Assembly: GCA_963767005.1 (NCBI GenBank)
Contig: CAVYCN010000004.1
Coordinates: 448,001 to 512,000, forward strand
Length of the DNA: 64,000 nt
Source: an uncultured Actinomycetes bacterium
Lineage (GTDB): Bacteria > Actinomycetota > Thermoleophilia > UBA2241
Direction: 5' to 3'
Shown here: piece after piece, positions 1 through 8,845 of the stretch
Layout of the letters: every line of letters starts with the position of its first letter
Numbering within the stretch: the first letter of the stretch is position 1
Translations under genes and position numbers: made by a program
The notes under the pieces: generated by a model
What the model saw: only the letters and a program-made list of their open reading frames with translations
Database searches by the model: none
Told to the model about the DNA's origin: nothing

Positions 1-1
1 C

Positions 2-163
2 CGGGCCTACGTGCGCTCCCATGGCAAGCCCGACCTGCTGCTAATCCCAAGCTCGTGCCTCTCGCGGTGGGGACGAGACTTGCGTGGCGTGGCATACACG
101 GAGCTCGAGGCGAGCCTCGGCATCGACATCGCGCTCATCCATTGCGAGCGCATCATTCTGTGA
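2..163 (+). CDS. Partial CDS (C-terminus only), possibly DUF512-domain radical SAM protein
   Basis: Frame 2 open from window edge to TGA 161-163: RAYVRSHGKPDLLLIPSSCLSRWGRDLRGVAYTELEASLGIDIALIHCERIIL*. Pattern resembles, from memory, DUF512 C-termini. Not in ORF track. Confidence 0.45.
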   Translation, partial: RAYVRSHGKPDLLLIPSSCLSRWGRDLRGVAYTELEASLGIDIALIHCERIIL

Positions 164-170
164 GGTCATC

Positions 171-422
171 ATGAACGAGATTGCCGGTGAAGCCGAGTAT
201 GTCTGGCACTTCAAGCTGTCTGCAGACACGGGCGGGATCGGAGCCGGGGACGGCCTGACCGGGATGGTGAGAGAACAGCTCCAGGCGCTCCTGCGTTGCG
301 TCATCCTCACCGATCACGGCGCGAACCTGAAGGTGACCGGCTTTCGCTTCCTCGACGAACCGGGCGTAGTGCACAGCCTCCACGCGAATTCCCAAGAGGC
401 TCCCTCACACGAGGGCCATTGA
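171..422 (+). CDS. Hypothetical protein, 83 aa
   Basis: ATG 171 preceded by GAGGT, 7 nt after upstream stop; ORF track start 84 is probably too long. Confidence 0.6.
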   Translation: MNEIAGEAEYVWHFKLSADTGGIGAGDGLTGMVREQLQALLRCVILTDHGANLKVTGFRFLDEPGVVHSLHANSQEAPSHEGH

Positions 423-447
423 CAGCTCGGGCAGGGAGTCTTAGGGT
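419..447 (+). promoter_or_regulatory. Sigma70-type promoter
   Basis: TTGACA (419-424), 17 nt, TAGGGT (442-447). Confidence 0.7.
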
Positions 448-494
448 CCGACCGGGGTCAATCCGGCCAGTGGGAGCGTGAGATCGGAGGTCAC

Positions 495-608
495 ATGAAC
501 CAGGCGTTGGATGTCCTTGCGTTGGCCGACGTGGAAGAGGCCGACGAGATCGTCGACACGGTGATCGCCGATCCGCTGCAATTCAAATGGGACTCGCCAC
601 TCGCCTAG
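495..608 (+). CDS. Small acidic peptide, 37 aa
   Basis: GGAGGT RBS then ATG 495; MNQALDVLALADVEEADEIVDTVIADPLQFKWDSPLA*; promoter upstream and hairpin downstream. Confidence 0.7.
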   Translation: MNQALDVLALADVEEADEIVDTVIADPLQFKWDSPLA

Positions 609-635
609 CGAGCTAGCAGCCAAAACGCAAGCCTG

Positions 636-679
636 AGGCGGCGGGCGGGAGGCGCAAAAGCGCCTCCCGCCCGCCGCCT
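636..679. terminator. Perfect 20-bp stem hairpin, likely bidirectional terminator
   Basis: AGGCGGCGGGCGGGAGGCGC-AAAA-GCGCCTCCCGCCCGCCGCCT between convergent genes. Confidence 0.8.
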
Positions 680-690
680 TTCTCCATCCC

Positions 691-3672
691 TCACCCGCTC
701 ACGCGCACGGCGAGGATCTGCACGTCGTCGCGCAGCCCGTCGGCGTAGCGCTCCACCGCTGCGCCGACGCCCTGCGCCACGGCCTGCACATCGCCGTCGC
801 GCAGCTCGTCCATGACGTCGAGCAGACGCCGTTCGCCGAACATCTCGCGGCGGCGGCGCGCCTCGGTCACGCCGTCGGTGTACAGCAGCAGGGTGTCGCC
901 GGCGAGCAATGGGAGCTGGCGCACCGAGAAGCTCGCCGGAAAGGCGCCGAGCGGCGGGTGGAACGGCAGCTCGAGCAGCTCGGCGCGCGCCCCCCTGCGG
1001 ACGAGGACCGGTGGCGGATGGCCGGCGCTTGCCAGCACGGCCTGTCCGCGTGCGACGTCGACCGCGAGGAGCAAGGCGGTCACGAGCTGGCCGTGGCCCG
1101 GCTCGTGCAGCAGCAGGTCGTTGACGTGTCGAAGCACGTACTCGGGCGACGGGGTGATGAGCGTCAGCACACGCATGGCGCTGCGCACCGTCTCGGTCAT
1201 GCCGGCGGCGCCGATGCCCTTGCCTGTGACGTCGCCGATCAGCAGGGCCACAAGGCCTTTCCGGGCGACAAGCACGTCGTGAAAGTCGCCGCCCACGAGG
1301 TCGGGACGGTTGGCGGGGCGCGAGACAGCGGCCAGCTCGAGCCCCTCCACCCGGGGCATGGGGTGGATGAGGTGCGCCTGCAGCACGGTCGCGATATCGC
1401 GTTGGGTCTCGAAGAGACGGGCGTTCTCGAGGCCGGTCGTGGCCGCGGCCGCGATCGCTTCGAGCAGAGTGAGCTCGTCGGGCGCCACGTCGTGGACCCG
1501 CTTCCAGGCGGCGAACAGCGTGCCGATCGCGTTGCCGCCGGCCCGGAGCGGCAGGATGGCGAAGGCGCGCACGCCGGTCGCCTGCGCAGCGCGCCGCGAG
1601 GTCCTGGTCACCTCTTGGACCTGCGCGTCGGCGCCGACGCGCGGCTGGCCTGTCCTGAAGCAGATCGCCGTCTCGCGGTCGGCGCCGACCGGCATCGACC
1701 CCTCGACCTGGAGTCGACCGGAAGGGTCGAACGTGGCGACAGGCTCGAGCGACCTGCCGTTCGCGTCGGCCAGGCGGATCTGCACCTGATCGGCGTCGAG
1801 CAGGCGGCGGACCTCGTCGACCACCGCGCCGGCGGCTGTGGCGACGTCGAGCGACGCCGACGCCGACTCGGCCACCCTGCGCAGCACCTGGAGTTGCCTG
1901 CTGCGCCGTTCCTCGGCCTCGCGTGACGCGACCTCCGCCTCGAGCAGGCGGGCGTTGTCGAGGGCGAGCGAGACGGTGGCGCCGAGCTTGCGCCCGAAGT
2001 CCGTCTCGGCGGGGCTGAACGCACGCGGGGTCTTGCCGTAGGCGAGCAGGCAGCCGGTCACCTGTTCGCGGACCAGCAGCGGCACGCCGAGGACCGACCG
2101 CAGTCGGTGTTCGCGGACGAAGCCAACGTCGAAGGCGGAATCGTGCATGTCGGCGATCGCGAGGAGGCTCCTGGTCTCCTCGGCGCGCACGGCGATGGGT
2201 GCCACCTCGTCGGGCAGGAGCGCGCCGGTGGCCGACGGATCGAGGCCATACTGGTAACGGACCAGCCAGCCGCCGGCGGCGCGGATCTCGATGGCGCCGG
2301 CGTCGAGGCGCAGCGCACGCACGCCGGCGTCGAGGGCGCGCTGCATGATCTCGTCGGCGGTGAACGTGGCATGGACGAGCCGGTTGATCCCGTTGAGCGC
2401 CTCGCTCAGCCGCACCCGCTCGGCGAGCTCCGGGGTCTGCGAGCGCAGCTCATCGGCCTGGAGTCGCAGCTCCTCGCCCTGCGCCCGCTCGGCCGTGACG
2501 TCGGTGTGCAGCGCGAGGTTGGCGACGTGTGTGCCGGATTTGTCGTGCAGCGGGCTTGCGTTGAAGCGCGTCCAGAGAGTGCCGCCGTCGCTGCGGAGAA
2601 AGGCGAACTCGCCGGTCGCGATCTCGCCGCCGCCGAGCTTGTGGCGGAGCGCGTCGACGTCGCCGCGCCACTCCGGCGAGGCGAAGTCGGTGCTCGACTT
2701 GCCGAGGATCTCCTCGACGGGGTAGCCGAGCATCTCGGCCATGCGTGGATTGACGTAGGTGTACGCACCGTCGAGCCGGGCGATGGCGACGCCCTCGGCG
2801 GCCGTCTCGACGATCGTGCGGTATCGCTCCTCGCTATCCTGCAGGCGCCCGAGAAGCTCGTCGCGGTCGGCCTCACGCCGCTTGCGCGCACCGATCTCGA
2901 TGCTGAACTGGTTGATGCCGTGGACGGTCGGATAGAGGCGCTGCTCGAACCAGGTCTCGAGCGGCGGGAACCAGAACTCGTAGCGGCTCGCGATACCGAG
3001 GTGCATGGCGTCGAGCAGGCGCCGCTCGACGTCGGTCCCCACTATGTCGGGGAACAGGTCCCACAACGAGTGGCCCAGCAACTCGGCGGGCGTCAGGCCG
3101 GTCATCTCGCAGAAGCTGCGATTGACGTACAGGTGGTGGAACTCCCAATCGAGCGCCGCGAAGAGCTCGTCGATGTCCTCGAGGAACGTGGGTTGGCCCG
3201 ACGGGTCGAACGCGGGGATGGCGCTCGGCGCGGCGTCCGGCGCCGCGACCGCGTCGCGCTTGACCAGCCGCACCTGGAGGCCGCAGTCGCTGGACAGGGC
3301 GACCTCGTCGCAAAGCCGCGAGATCAGGAACAAGCCGCGGCCGTGGTCGAGGCTGGGGTCGGGCACTCGGTCGGGCGTGAAGGCAGCCACGTCGAAACCG
3401 TGGCCCGCATCCTTCACCGTGGCGATCACATGGCCGTCGTCGAAGCTCAGGGAGATCTCGATCTCGGCGCGAGAGCCGCTGTGGCGGATGGCGTTGGTGC
3501 AGGCTTCCTCGATGGCGAGCACGAGGTCGTGAACGGTGGCGGCCTCGGCGCAGTGCCCGCTCAGATACTCGCGCAGCCGTTCGCGGGCGCGCGCCAGATG
3601 GGCCGGGTCGGGAGCCAGGCGAAAGCGCAGCCGCGGCCCAACGTTCGTTCGTCTGGAGAAGCTGTCGGTCAC
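691..3672 (-). CDS. RsbW-like HATPase-PAS-PAS-GAF-GAF-SpoIIE (PP2C) phosphatase
   Basis: N-terminal EEACTNAIRH...GRGLFL; PAS and GAF segments; C-terminal VGGDFHD, GDVTGKG, SAGHPPP, YTDGVTE, DD. Confidence 0.9.
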   Translation of the reverse strand: MTDSFSRRTNVGPRLRFRLAPDPAHLARARERLREYLSGHCAEAATVHDLVLAIEEACTNAIRHSGSRAEIEISLSFDDGHVIATVKDAGHGFDVAAFTPDRVPDPSLDHGRGLFLISRLCDEVALSSDCGLQVRLVKRDAVAAPDAAPSAIPAFDPSGQPTFLEDIDELFAALDWEFHHLYVNRSFCEMTGLTPAELLGHSLWDLFPDIVGTDVERRLLDAMHLGIASRYEFWFPPLETWFEQRLYPTVHGINQFSIEIGARKRREADRDELLGRLQDSEERYRTIVETAAEGVAIARLDGAYTYVNPRMAEMLGYPVEEILGKSSTDFASPEWRGDVDALRHKLGGGEIATGEFAFLRSDGGTLWTRFNASPLHDKSGTHVANLALHTDVTAERAQGEELRLQADELRSQTPELAERVRLSEALNGINRLVHATFTADEIMQRALDAGVRALRLDAGAIEIRAAGGWLVRYQYGLDPSATGALLPDEVAPIAVRAEETRSLLAIADMHDSAFDVGFVREHRLRSVLGVPLLVREQVTGCLLAYGKTPRAFSPAETDFGRKLGATVSLALDNARLLEAEVASREAEERRSRQLQVLRRVAESASASLDVATAAGAVVDEVRRLLDADQVQIRLADANGRSLEPVATFDPSGRLQVEGSMPVGADRETAICFRTGQPRVGADAQVQEVTRTSRRAAQATGVRAFAILPLRAGGNAIGTLFAAWKRVHDVAPDELTLLEAIAAAATTGLENARLFETQRDIATVLQAHLIHPMPRVEGLELAAVSRPANRPDLVGGDFHDVLVARKGLVALLIGDVTGKGIGAAGMTETVRSAMRVLTLITPSPEYVLRHVNDLLLHEPGHGQLVTALLLAVDVARGQAVLASAGHPPPVLVRRGARAELLELPFHPPLGAFPASFSVRQLPLLAGDTLLLYTDGVTEARRRREMFGERRLLDVMDELRDGDVQAVAQGVGAAVERYADGLRDDVQILAVRVSG

Positions 3673-3739
3673 GCCTTGCCCGCTCGAGTGACGACCTTCG
3701 CGGTCAGCCTACTGCCGTCGGCGGAGAGTGACGACCGTT

Positions 3740-3781
3740 CGTCGTCGGCGGGGAGTCAGGCGTCGTCGGCGGGGAGTCAGG
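3740..3781. repeat. 21-bp tandem duplication over the pfkB stop codon
   Basis: CGTCGTCGGCGGGGAGTCAGG x2 exact. Confidence 0.85.
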
Positions 3782-4733
3782 CGCCGGCGGCGCCTGACGT
3801 CAGCCGGCCGGCGCCGCTCGACCGGCGGGCGGTCTCGAGCTGCGCCAGCGTGGGGATGCCCGTGTTGCCGAGCCGGGTGGCCTTCAGCGCCGCCGCCCAG
3901 GCGGCGAGGTCGAAGCACTCGGGCACCGGCAGGCCGCGCGCCAGCGCCCAGGCGTAGGCGCCGTGGAAGGTGTCGCCGGCTCCGTTCGAGTCGACGGCGG
4001 CGACCGGCGCGGCATCCCAGCGCCCCCTGCACTCGGGTGCGTCGCCTGTGGCAAAGACTCCGCCCCTGGCGCCCTGGGTCACGCCGAACACCTTCCGGCA
4101 GGAGGTGCCCCACGACTCGGCCGCCGCCCGCTCCGCGGGGTGTCCCGTCAGCTTCAGCACGTACTTCTCGGGCGCTATCACATGGTCGGAGCGGCCCATC
4201 AGCCCTTCGGTCCACGGCCGCCCCGATCCGGTGTCCAGCACCGTGGTCACCCCACGTCGCCGGCATTCGTCGAGCGCCGCGTTCGCCAGGACGCCGTCGG
4301 TCGCGTCGAGCAGGGCGACGTCGACGCCGTCGAGGAACTCGGGAAGGCGCCGGGTCATGCGCTCGTCGGCCATCGGCTGGGGCAGCCAGATGATCGTCCG
4401 CGTCGCCTCTGCTCGCGCGACGATCACGGCCGAGTGCTGCGAGGGCTGGTCGTAGGCGACCCAGGTACACTCGACGCCCTCGGCCTCGAGCCCGGACTTG
4501 AGGACCTGAGCGTGGAGGTCGCTCCCGCAGGCAGCCAGCAGCCTGGCCGTGCCGCCGAGCCGGCGCGCGGCGACCGCGCCGCGGCCGGCCACGCCGCCCA
4601 CGACGGTCTGGTGGTCGAGCGCGCGGGTGACCGAGTCGGCCTGCGGATGGTCTTCGAGGACGTAGAGGTAGTCCACCGTCGCCATGCCGATCATCGCGAC
4701 AACGGGTGCGCGATCCAGTCGCGGTCCAGCCAC
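3777..4733 (-). CDS. PfkB family carbohydrate kinase
   Basis: VDSNGAGDTFHGA PfkB signature; N-terminal GMATVD and GG motifs. Confidence 0.9.
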   Translation of the reverse strand: MAGPRLDRAPVVAMIGMATVDYLYVLEDHPQADSVTRALDHQTVVGGVAGRGAVAARRLGGTARLLAACGSDLHAQVLKSGLEAEGVECTWVAYDQPSQHSAVIVARAEATRTIIWLPQPMADERMTRRLPEFLDGVDVALLDATDGVLANAALDECRRRGVTTVLDTGSGRPWTEGLMGRSDHVIAPEKYVLKLTGHPAERAAAESWGTSCRKVFGVTQGARGGVFATGDAPECRGRWDAAPVAAVDSNGAGDTFHGAYAWALARGLPVPECFDLAAWAAALKATRLGNTGIPTLAQLETARRSSGAGRLTSGAAGA

Positions 4734-4873
4734 TCGCTACCTCCCTGCGTACCCGACGCCGCGGGCCTTTCGGGCTTCCTCTCTGCGCATCGGAGCTCGC
4801 CCCCCATCAGGATATCGCGGACGGCCCCGTCCTTGGTCTTGACCTTTGCGGCGGCTAGGCCGACTCTCACTCG

Positions 4874-5495
4874 GTGGTCGTCAGCACCGCATACTGGCGC
4901 AAGACGCTGGCGGGCTGGAAGGACGTCTTTGCGAAGTGTCTGGACGGCAGGGACCTCGAACACGTGGTCCACGCCAGCGTCTGCTTCGACTACCGCCAGG
5001 CGGCCGGCGGACTGTACGTGACCCAGGCGCTGACCGACATCATGCGCGAGGCGCCGGCTCACCCCCGGTTTCTGCAGTGGCTCGCGCGCCTGGGCTCGGA
5101 CATCGCCGCGTCCGTCGGGGGTTCCGGCACAAGCTCGACGCCGTCGTCGACATCAAGGACGGCGGCCTGCTGCCCATCCAGAACATGGCCCGCTACCACG
5201 CGCTGGCGCGCGGCGTCACCATCCAGGCGACGCTCGAGCGCCTGGCCGCCGTCTGCGGTTTGGACGCCGAGGGCGCCGAGTGCGACCGCACCCTGCGCGA
5301 GGCCTCTCTCACCATCAAGCAGCTCCAGCTCGGCCCCACGGTGAGGCTGTACGCGCGGGACGCGCGCCCGACAACACGCTCGACACGCGCGGGCTGCGAC
5401 CGCTCGTCGGCGCGAACCTGCAGGAGGCGCTGCGCGCGCTCGCAGCGGCGCAGGCCCACGTGCAGCGCGCCTCCGGAGGGCGGCGCGGGGTCTGA
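4874..5495 (+). pseudogene. Truncated, frameshifted DUF294/DUF294_C nucleotidyltransferase-like gene
   Basis: Three frames join: ...VCFDYRQAAG... / VDIKDGGLLPIQNMARYHAL...TLERL / PDNTLDTRGLRPLVGANLQEALR; shifts near a G-run at ~5117-5121 and a C-run at ~5334. Confidence 0.7.
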
Positions 5496-5533
5496 TCGGC
5501 GTGCCGGCCGACCCGTGTTTCGACTGCTTGCGC

Positions 5534-5905
5534 CTACTTCTTGCGGACGACCACGCTCACGCCCGGGCTCGTGAACCTGTAGCCGGCGGCCGTGTAGGTG
5601 GCGACGAAGCGCCACAAGCGGCCCCCATGAGACCGCCAGGTCCATCGGAAGGTGCCGGGGCTCGTCAGCCTCAGGCGGCGCAGCACGGTGAGCCAGCCGT
5701 GGAGACGACGGCTGAGGCAGACGGTCCGGGTCGCGGTCAGCGAGTTCGTGACCGCTCCGCCGATGACGACGGTCTTGCCCGCGACCACGCTGCTGCGTGA
5801 GACCCGCAGGCTGAGCGATGGTGCCGCCGGCGAACGGCGGCTCGATTGCGAGGCTCGAGCGTAGGCTCGCCTCAGGTTCAGCTGCCTCGATGGCCACACC
5901 CCCAC
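5534..5905 (-). CDS. Basic beta-rich domain, probably a remnant of a secreted protein; start uncertain
   Basis: PSLSLRVSRSSVVAGKTVVIGGAV...WRFVATY...SPGVSVVVRKK resembles the N-terminal domain of 35151-36569. Confidence 0.4.
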   Translation of the reverse strand: MGVWPSRQLNLRRAYARASQSSRRSPAAPSLSLRVSRSSVVAGKTVVIGGAVTNSLTATRTVCLSRRLHGWLTVLRRLRLTSPGTFRWTWRSHGGRLWRFVATYTAAGYRFTSPGVSVVVRKK

Positions 5906-5934
5906 CGACGGCCGGAGGCGGCCCTCGGTCGTTG

Positions 5935-6675
5935 CTATCGGGACGGCGGCGCTTCGAATCTCGTCGTCAACGACGTCCCCGCCATGCCCTCGAGGAGCCT
6001 GTCGTAGTCGTAGGGCACACGCACGAATTCGGCCAACGTCTCGCCGGTTTCAAGCCTCTCGGGTTGGACGATGGCGTAACACACACGCCAATCGCCGTCT
6101 TTGGGGCGCCCGCCGCTGCCGACGTTGATGAAGGCCGTGCCGCCGACCTCGCGGACGTAGGGGATGTGGGTGTGGCCAAAGATGATCGCCCGGTAGGGGT
6201 CTGCCTCGGCGAGACGGGCAAGGCTCGTCTCGGGGCGGTCCTCGAAAAGGTACTCATTGATACGCCGCGGACTGCCGTGCACGGCGAGCAGCTCGCCGGC
6301 GGGCGTCTCGAGCACGAAACGATCTTCGAGCGTACGCAGGTAGGCGCGCGTCTCGGGGCTCGTCGCTTGCTCTGTCCAGGCCAGAGAGGCGGCGCCTTCG
6401 GCGCGCTGCTCGTCGGTCTTGTAGGCGCAGCCACAGTCGCCGGTCTCAAATCCGACCCCCTGGTCGTAGTTGCCCATCACGGTGGGGATGGCGCGCTCGC
6501 GCAGAAGCTGGGAGACCTCGTTGGGGAAGGGACCGTAGCCTACGAGGTCACCCAGGCAGAGCACATCGGGCACACCTCGTTGCTGGACATCGTCGAGGAT
6601 GGCCTCGAGGGCGGGGAGGTTGCCGTGCACGTCTGAGAACACCGCGATCGGCCCGTTCATCGTGAGGCGCTTCAC
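5935..6675 (-). CDS. Metallophosphoesterase (calcineurin-like)
   Basis: SDVHGN, GDLVGYG, GNYD, HGSP, GHTH, NVGS; extra DCGC motif; start GTG 6675 or ATG 6660. Confidence 0.9.
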   Translation of the reverse strand: MKRLTMNGPIAVFSDVHGNLPALEAILDDVQQRGVPDVLCLGDLVGYGPFPNEVSQLLRERAIPTVMGNYDQGVGFETGDCGCAYKTDEQRAEGAASLAWTEQATSPETRAYLRTLEDRFVLETPAGELLAVHGSPRRINEYLFEDRPETSLARLAEADPYRAIIFGHTHIPYVREVGGTAFINVGSGGRPKDGDWRVCYAIVQPERLETGETLAEFVRVPYDYDRLLEGMAGTSLTTRFEAPPSR

Positions 6676-6682
6676 GGCGTAC

Positions 6683-7117
6683 TCACCGCGCGGCAAGCTC
6701 GTCGAGCCATTCGCGGATACGCATCTCGATGGCGTCGCGGACCTCTCGATAGACCGGCAGGCGCTCATCGGGGTCGCCCTGGACGGCGTCCGGGTCGGGA
6801 AACGGCCAGTGCAGCCTCGTGCCCATACCGGGGAACGTCTTGGGACACTCGCGGTTCGCTCGCTCGCAGACCGTGATCACAAAGCCGAAGTGGACTTTGC
6901 CGAGGAACTCGGAGAGGTCCTTGGCGCGCGCGCCGCTGATGTCGATGCCGCGCTCAGCCATGGCCTCGATGGCAAGGGGGTCGACGGTGGTGGCCTCCAG
7001 GCCGGCACTGAACGCCTCGAAGCGATCCGGCGCCAGCTCACGCAGGAACGCCTCGGCCATCTGACTGCGGCAACTGTTGTGGACGCACATGAACAGCACC
7101 CTGGTCTTGTTGTCCAA
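6683..7117 (-). CDS. arsC: Arsenate reductase, LMW-PTP/thioredoxin type
   Basis: CVHNSCRSQMAE, ITVC...ECP, HWPFPDP; AGGAGG RBS with TTG start. Confidence 0.92.
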   Translation of the reverse strand: MDNKTRVLFMCVHNSCRSQMAEAFLRELAPDRFEAFSAGLEATTVDPLAIEAMAERGIDISGARAKDLSEFLGKVHFGFVITVCERANRECPKTFPGMGTRLHWPFPDPDAVQGDPDERLPVYREVRDAIEMRIREWLDELAAR

Positions 7118-7186
7118 ACCGACTCCTCCTCGGCGAGTTGATATCGCAGGCTACCCGGCCTGTGTCAGGAAACGATGAACTCGCCA

Positions 7187-7230
7187 ATCATAAACACACG
7201 TTGACCATAAATGGAAGTGTATGTGATAAT
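7187..7230 (+). promoter_or_regulatory. ars/hgc operon promoter with probable ArsR operator
   Basis: AT-rich patch; TTGACC 7201-7206 and TGTGATAAT 7222-7230; two CATAAA-N6 boxes, the second an imperfect palindrome CATAAA-N6-TGTATG. Confidence 0.55.
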
Positions 7231-7271
7231 CGGGGAGGTCAAACCGCTTGGATCTCAGGAGAAGACACCGC

Positions 7272-8462
7272 ATGGCGACCATGCCTAGGAAGCGCCTCTC
7301 GTTCCTCGATCGCTATCTCACCGCCTGGATCTTCCTGGCGATGGCGCTCGGCGTGTTTTTGGGCTGGACCTTTGCCGGCGTGCCCGCCTTCATCGATCGC
7401 TTCAAAGCGGGCACGACCAACATCCCCATCGCCTTCGGCCTGATCGTGATGATGTATCCGCCGCTTGCCAGGGTGCGCTACGAGGAGCTCGGCGACGTCT
7501 TTCGCGATTACAAGGTCCTCGGTCTCTCGCTCGTGCAGAACTGGGTGATTGGCCCGTTCCTCATGTTCTTCCTGGCGATCATCTTCCTGCACAACTACCC
7601 GCAGTTCATGGTGGGCCTCATCATGATCGGCCTGGCGCGCTGCATCGCCATGGTGATCGTCTGGAACCAGCTCGCCGACGGTGACACCGAGTACGCAGCC
7701 GGGCTGGTGGCTTTCAACGCGGTCTTCCAGGTGCTCTTCTACAGCCTCTTCGCCTGGGTCTTCGTGACCAGGCTGCCGCCGCTGTTCGGCCTGCACGGAG
7801 CCGCAGTCAACGTCTCGATCGGTCAGATCGCGAAGAGCGTCTTCATCTACCTCGGCATCCCGTTCCTGGCCGGCATGCTCACCCGCTACCTCGGGCTCAA
7901 GTACAAGGGCCGCCGCTGGTACGAGGAGACGTTCATACCGCGCATCAGCCCGCTGACACTGATCGCTCTGCTGTTCACGATCGTCGTCATGTTCAGCCTC
8001 AAGGGCCATCTCATCGTCAAGCTGCCGCTCGACGTCGTGCGCATCGCCATCCCGCTGCTCATCTACTTCGTCGTCATGTTCTTCGTGAGCTTCTACCTGG
8101 GCCGCAAGATCGGCGCCGACTACTCGAAGACCGCGACCCTGTCGTTCACGGCGGCCAGCAACAACTTCGAGCTCGCCATCGCCGTGAGCATCGCCGTGTT
8201 CGGGATCGGTTCGGGGGTGGCGTTTGCCGCCGTGATCGGGCCGCTTGTCGAAGTGCCGGTCATGATCGGCCTGGTCAACGTCGCCCTCTGGATGGGGCGC
8301 CGCTACTGGGCCCTGAGCGACGAACCCGTGCCGGCTGCGGTGGTCGCCGGCGTCGAGGAGGTCGCCTGCGACCCACCGAAGGAGCATGATCGCCCTGCCG
8401 TTCAGGCGTCCACAGATCCGCCCGCACAGCCTCGGCCCACAGCCAACCCGGAGGCGAGATGA
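7272..8462 (+). CDS. acr3: ACR3 family arsenite efflux transporter
   Basis: [40 protein letters not shown]. Confidence 0.96.
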   Translation: MATMPRKRLSFLDRYLTAWIFLAMALGVFLGWTFAGVPAFIDRFKAGTTNIPIAFGLIVMMYPPLARVRYEELGDVFRDYKVLGLSLVQNWVIGPFLMFFLAIIFLHNYPQFMVGLIMIGLARCIAMVIVWNQLADGDTEYAAGLVAFNAVFQVLFYSLFAWVFVTRLPPLFGLHGAAVNVSIGQIAKSVFIYLGIPFLAGMLTRYLGLKYKGRRWYEETFIPRISPLTLIALLFTIVVMFSLKGHLIVKLPLDVVRIAIPLLIYFVVMFFVSFYLGRKIGADYSKTATLSFTAASNNFELAIAVSIAVFGIGSGVAFAAVIGPLVEVPVMIGLVNVALWMGRRYWALSDEPVPAAVVAGVEEVACDPPKEHDRPAVQASTDPPAQPRPTANPEAR

Positions 8463-8845
8463 AAGTCGTCAGAGAGCCCGTGGCGCCCGACAGCCTTGTC
8501 GATGTGGTGCCGTTCTTCAAAGTGTTCTGTAACTCGACCCGTGCCCAGATCATCGACTTTCTGCTGAGAGGCGAACGCTGTGTCTGCGAGATGACCGGGC
8601 CGCTCGACCAGAGTCAGCCCCTGGTCTCCCATCACCTCGCCCTGCTGCGTGACGCCGGCATTGTGCGCATGCGCAGCGAGGGTGCGCGCACCTACTACTC
8701 CATCGACTGGGAGCGGTTCGACGGCGAGCTCAAGGGCTTCCTCGATTACGTCGGTCAGCGGCGCAGCGCACCGCACGACGCCGACGCCACGCGCAGCGCC
8801 TGTGCGGTAGCCGCCAAGCCGGCGAAGAAGCGCAACGCCTCATGA
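8459..8845 (+). CDS. arsR: ArsR/SmtB family repressor
   Basis: GERCVCEM metal site, [16 protein letters not shown] helix; ATGA overlap with acr3. Confidence 0.9.
   Translation: MKVVREPVAPDSLVDVVPFFKVFCNSTRAQIIDFLLRGERCVCEMTGPLDQSQPLVSHHLALLRDAGIVRMRSEGARTYYSIDWERFDGELKGFLDYVGQRRSAPHDADATRSACAVAAKPAKKRNAS

Noticed and set aside
4790-4870. c-di-GMP-I riboswitch (CGCAAA on minus strand)
   Set aside because: Could not build the P1/P2 stems or the tetraloop.
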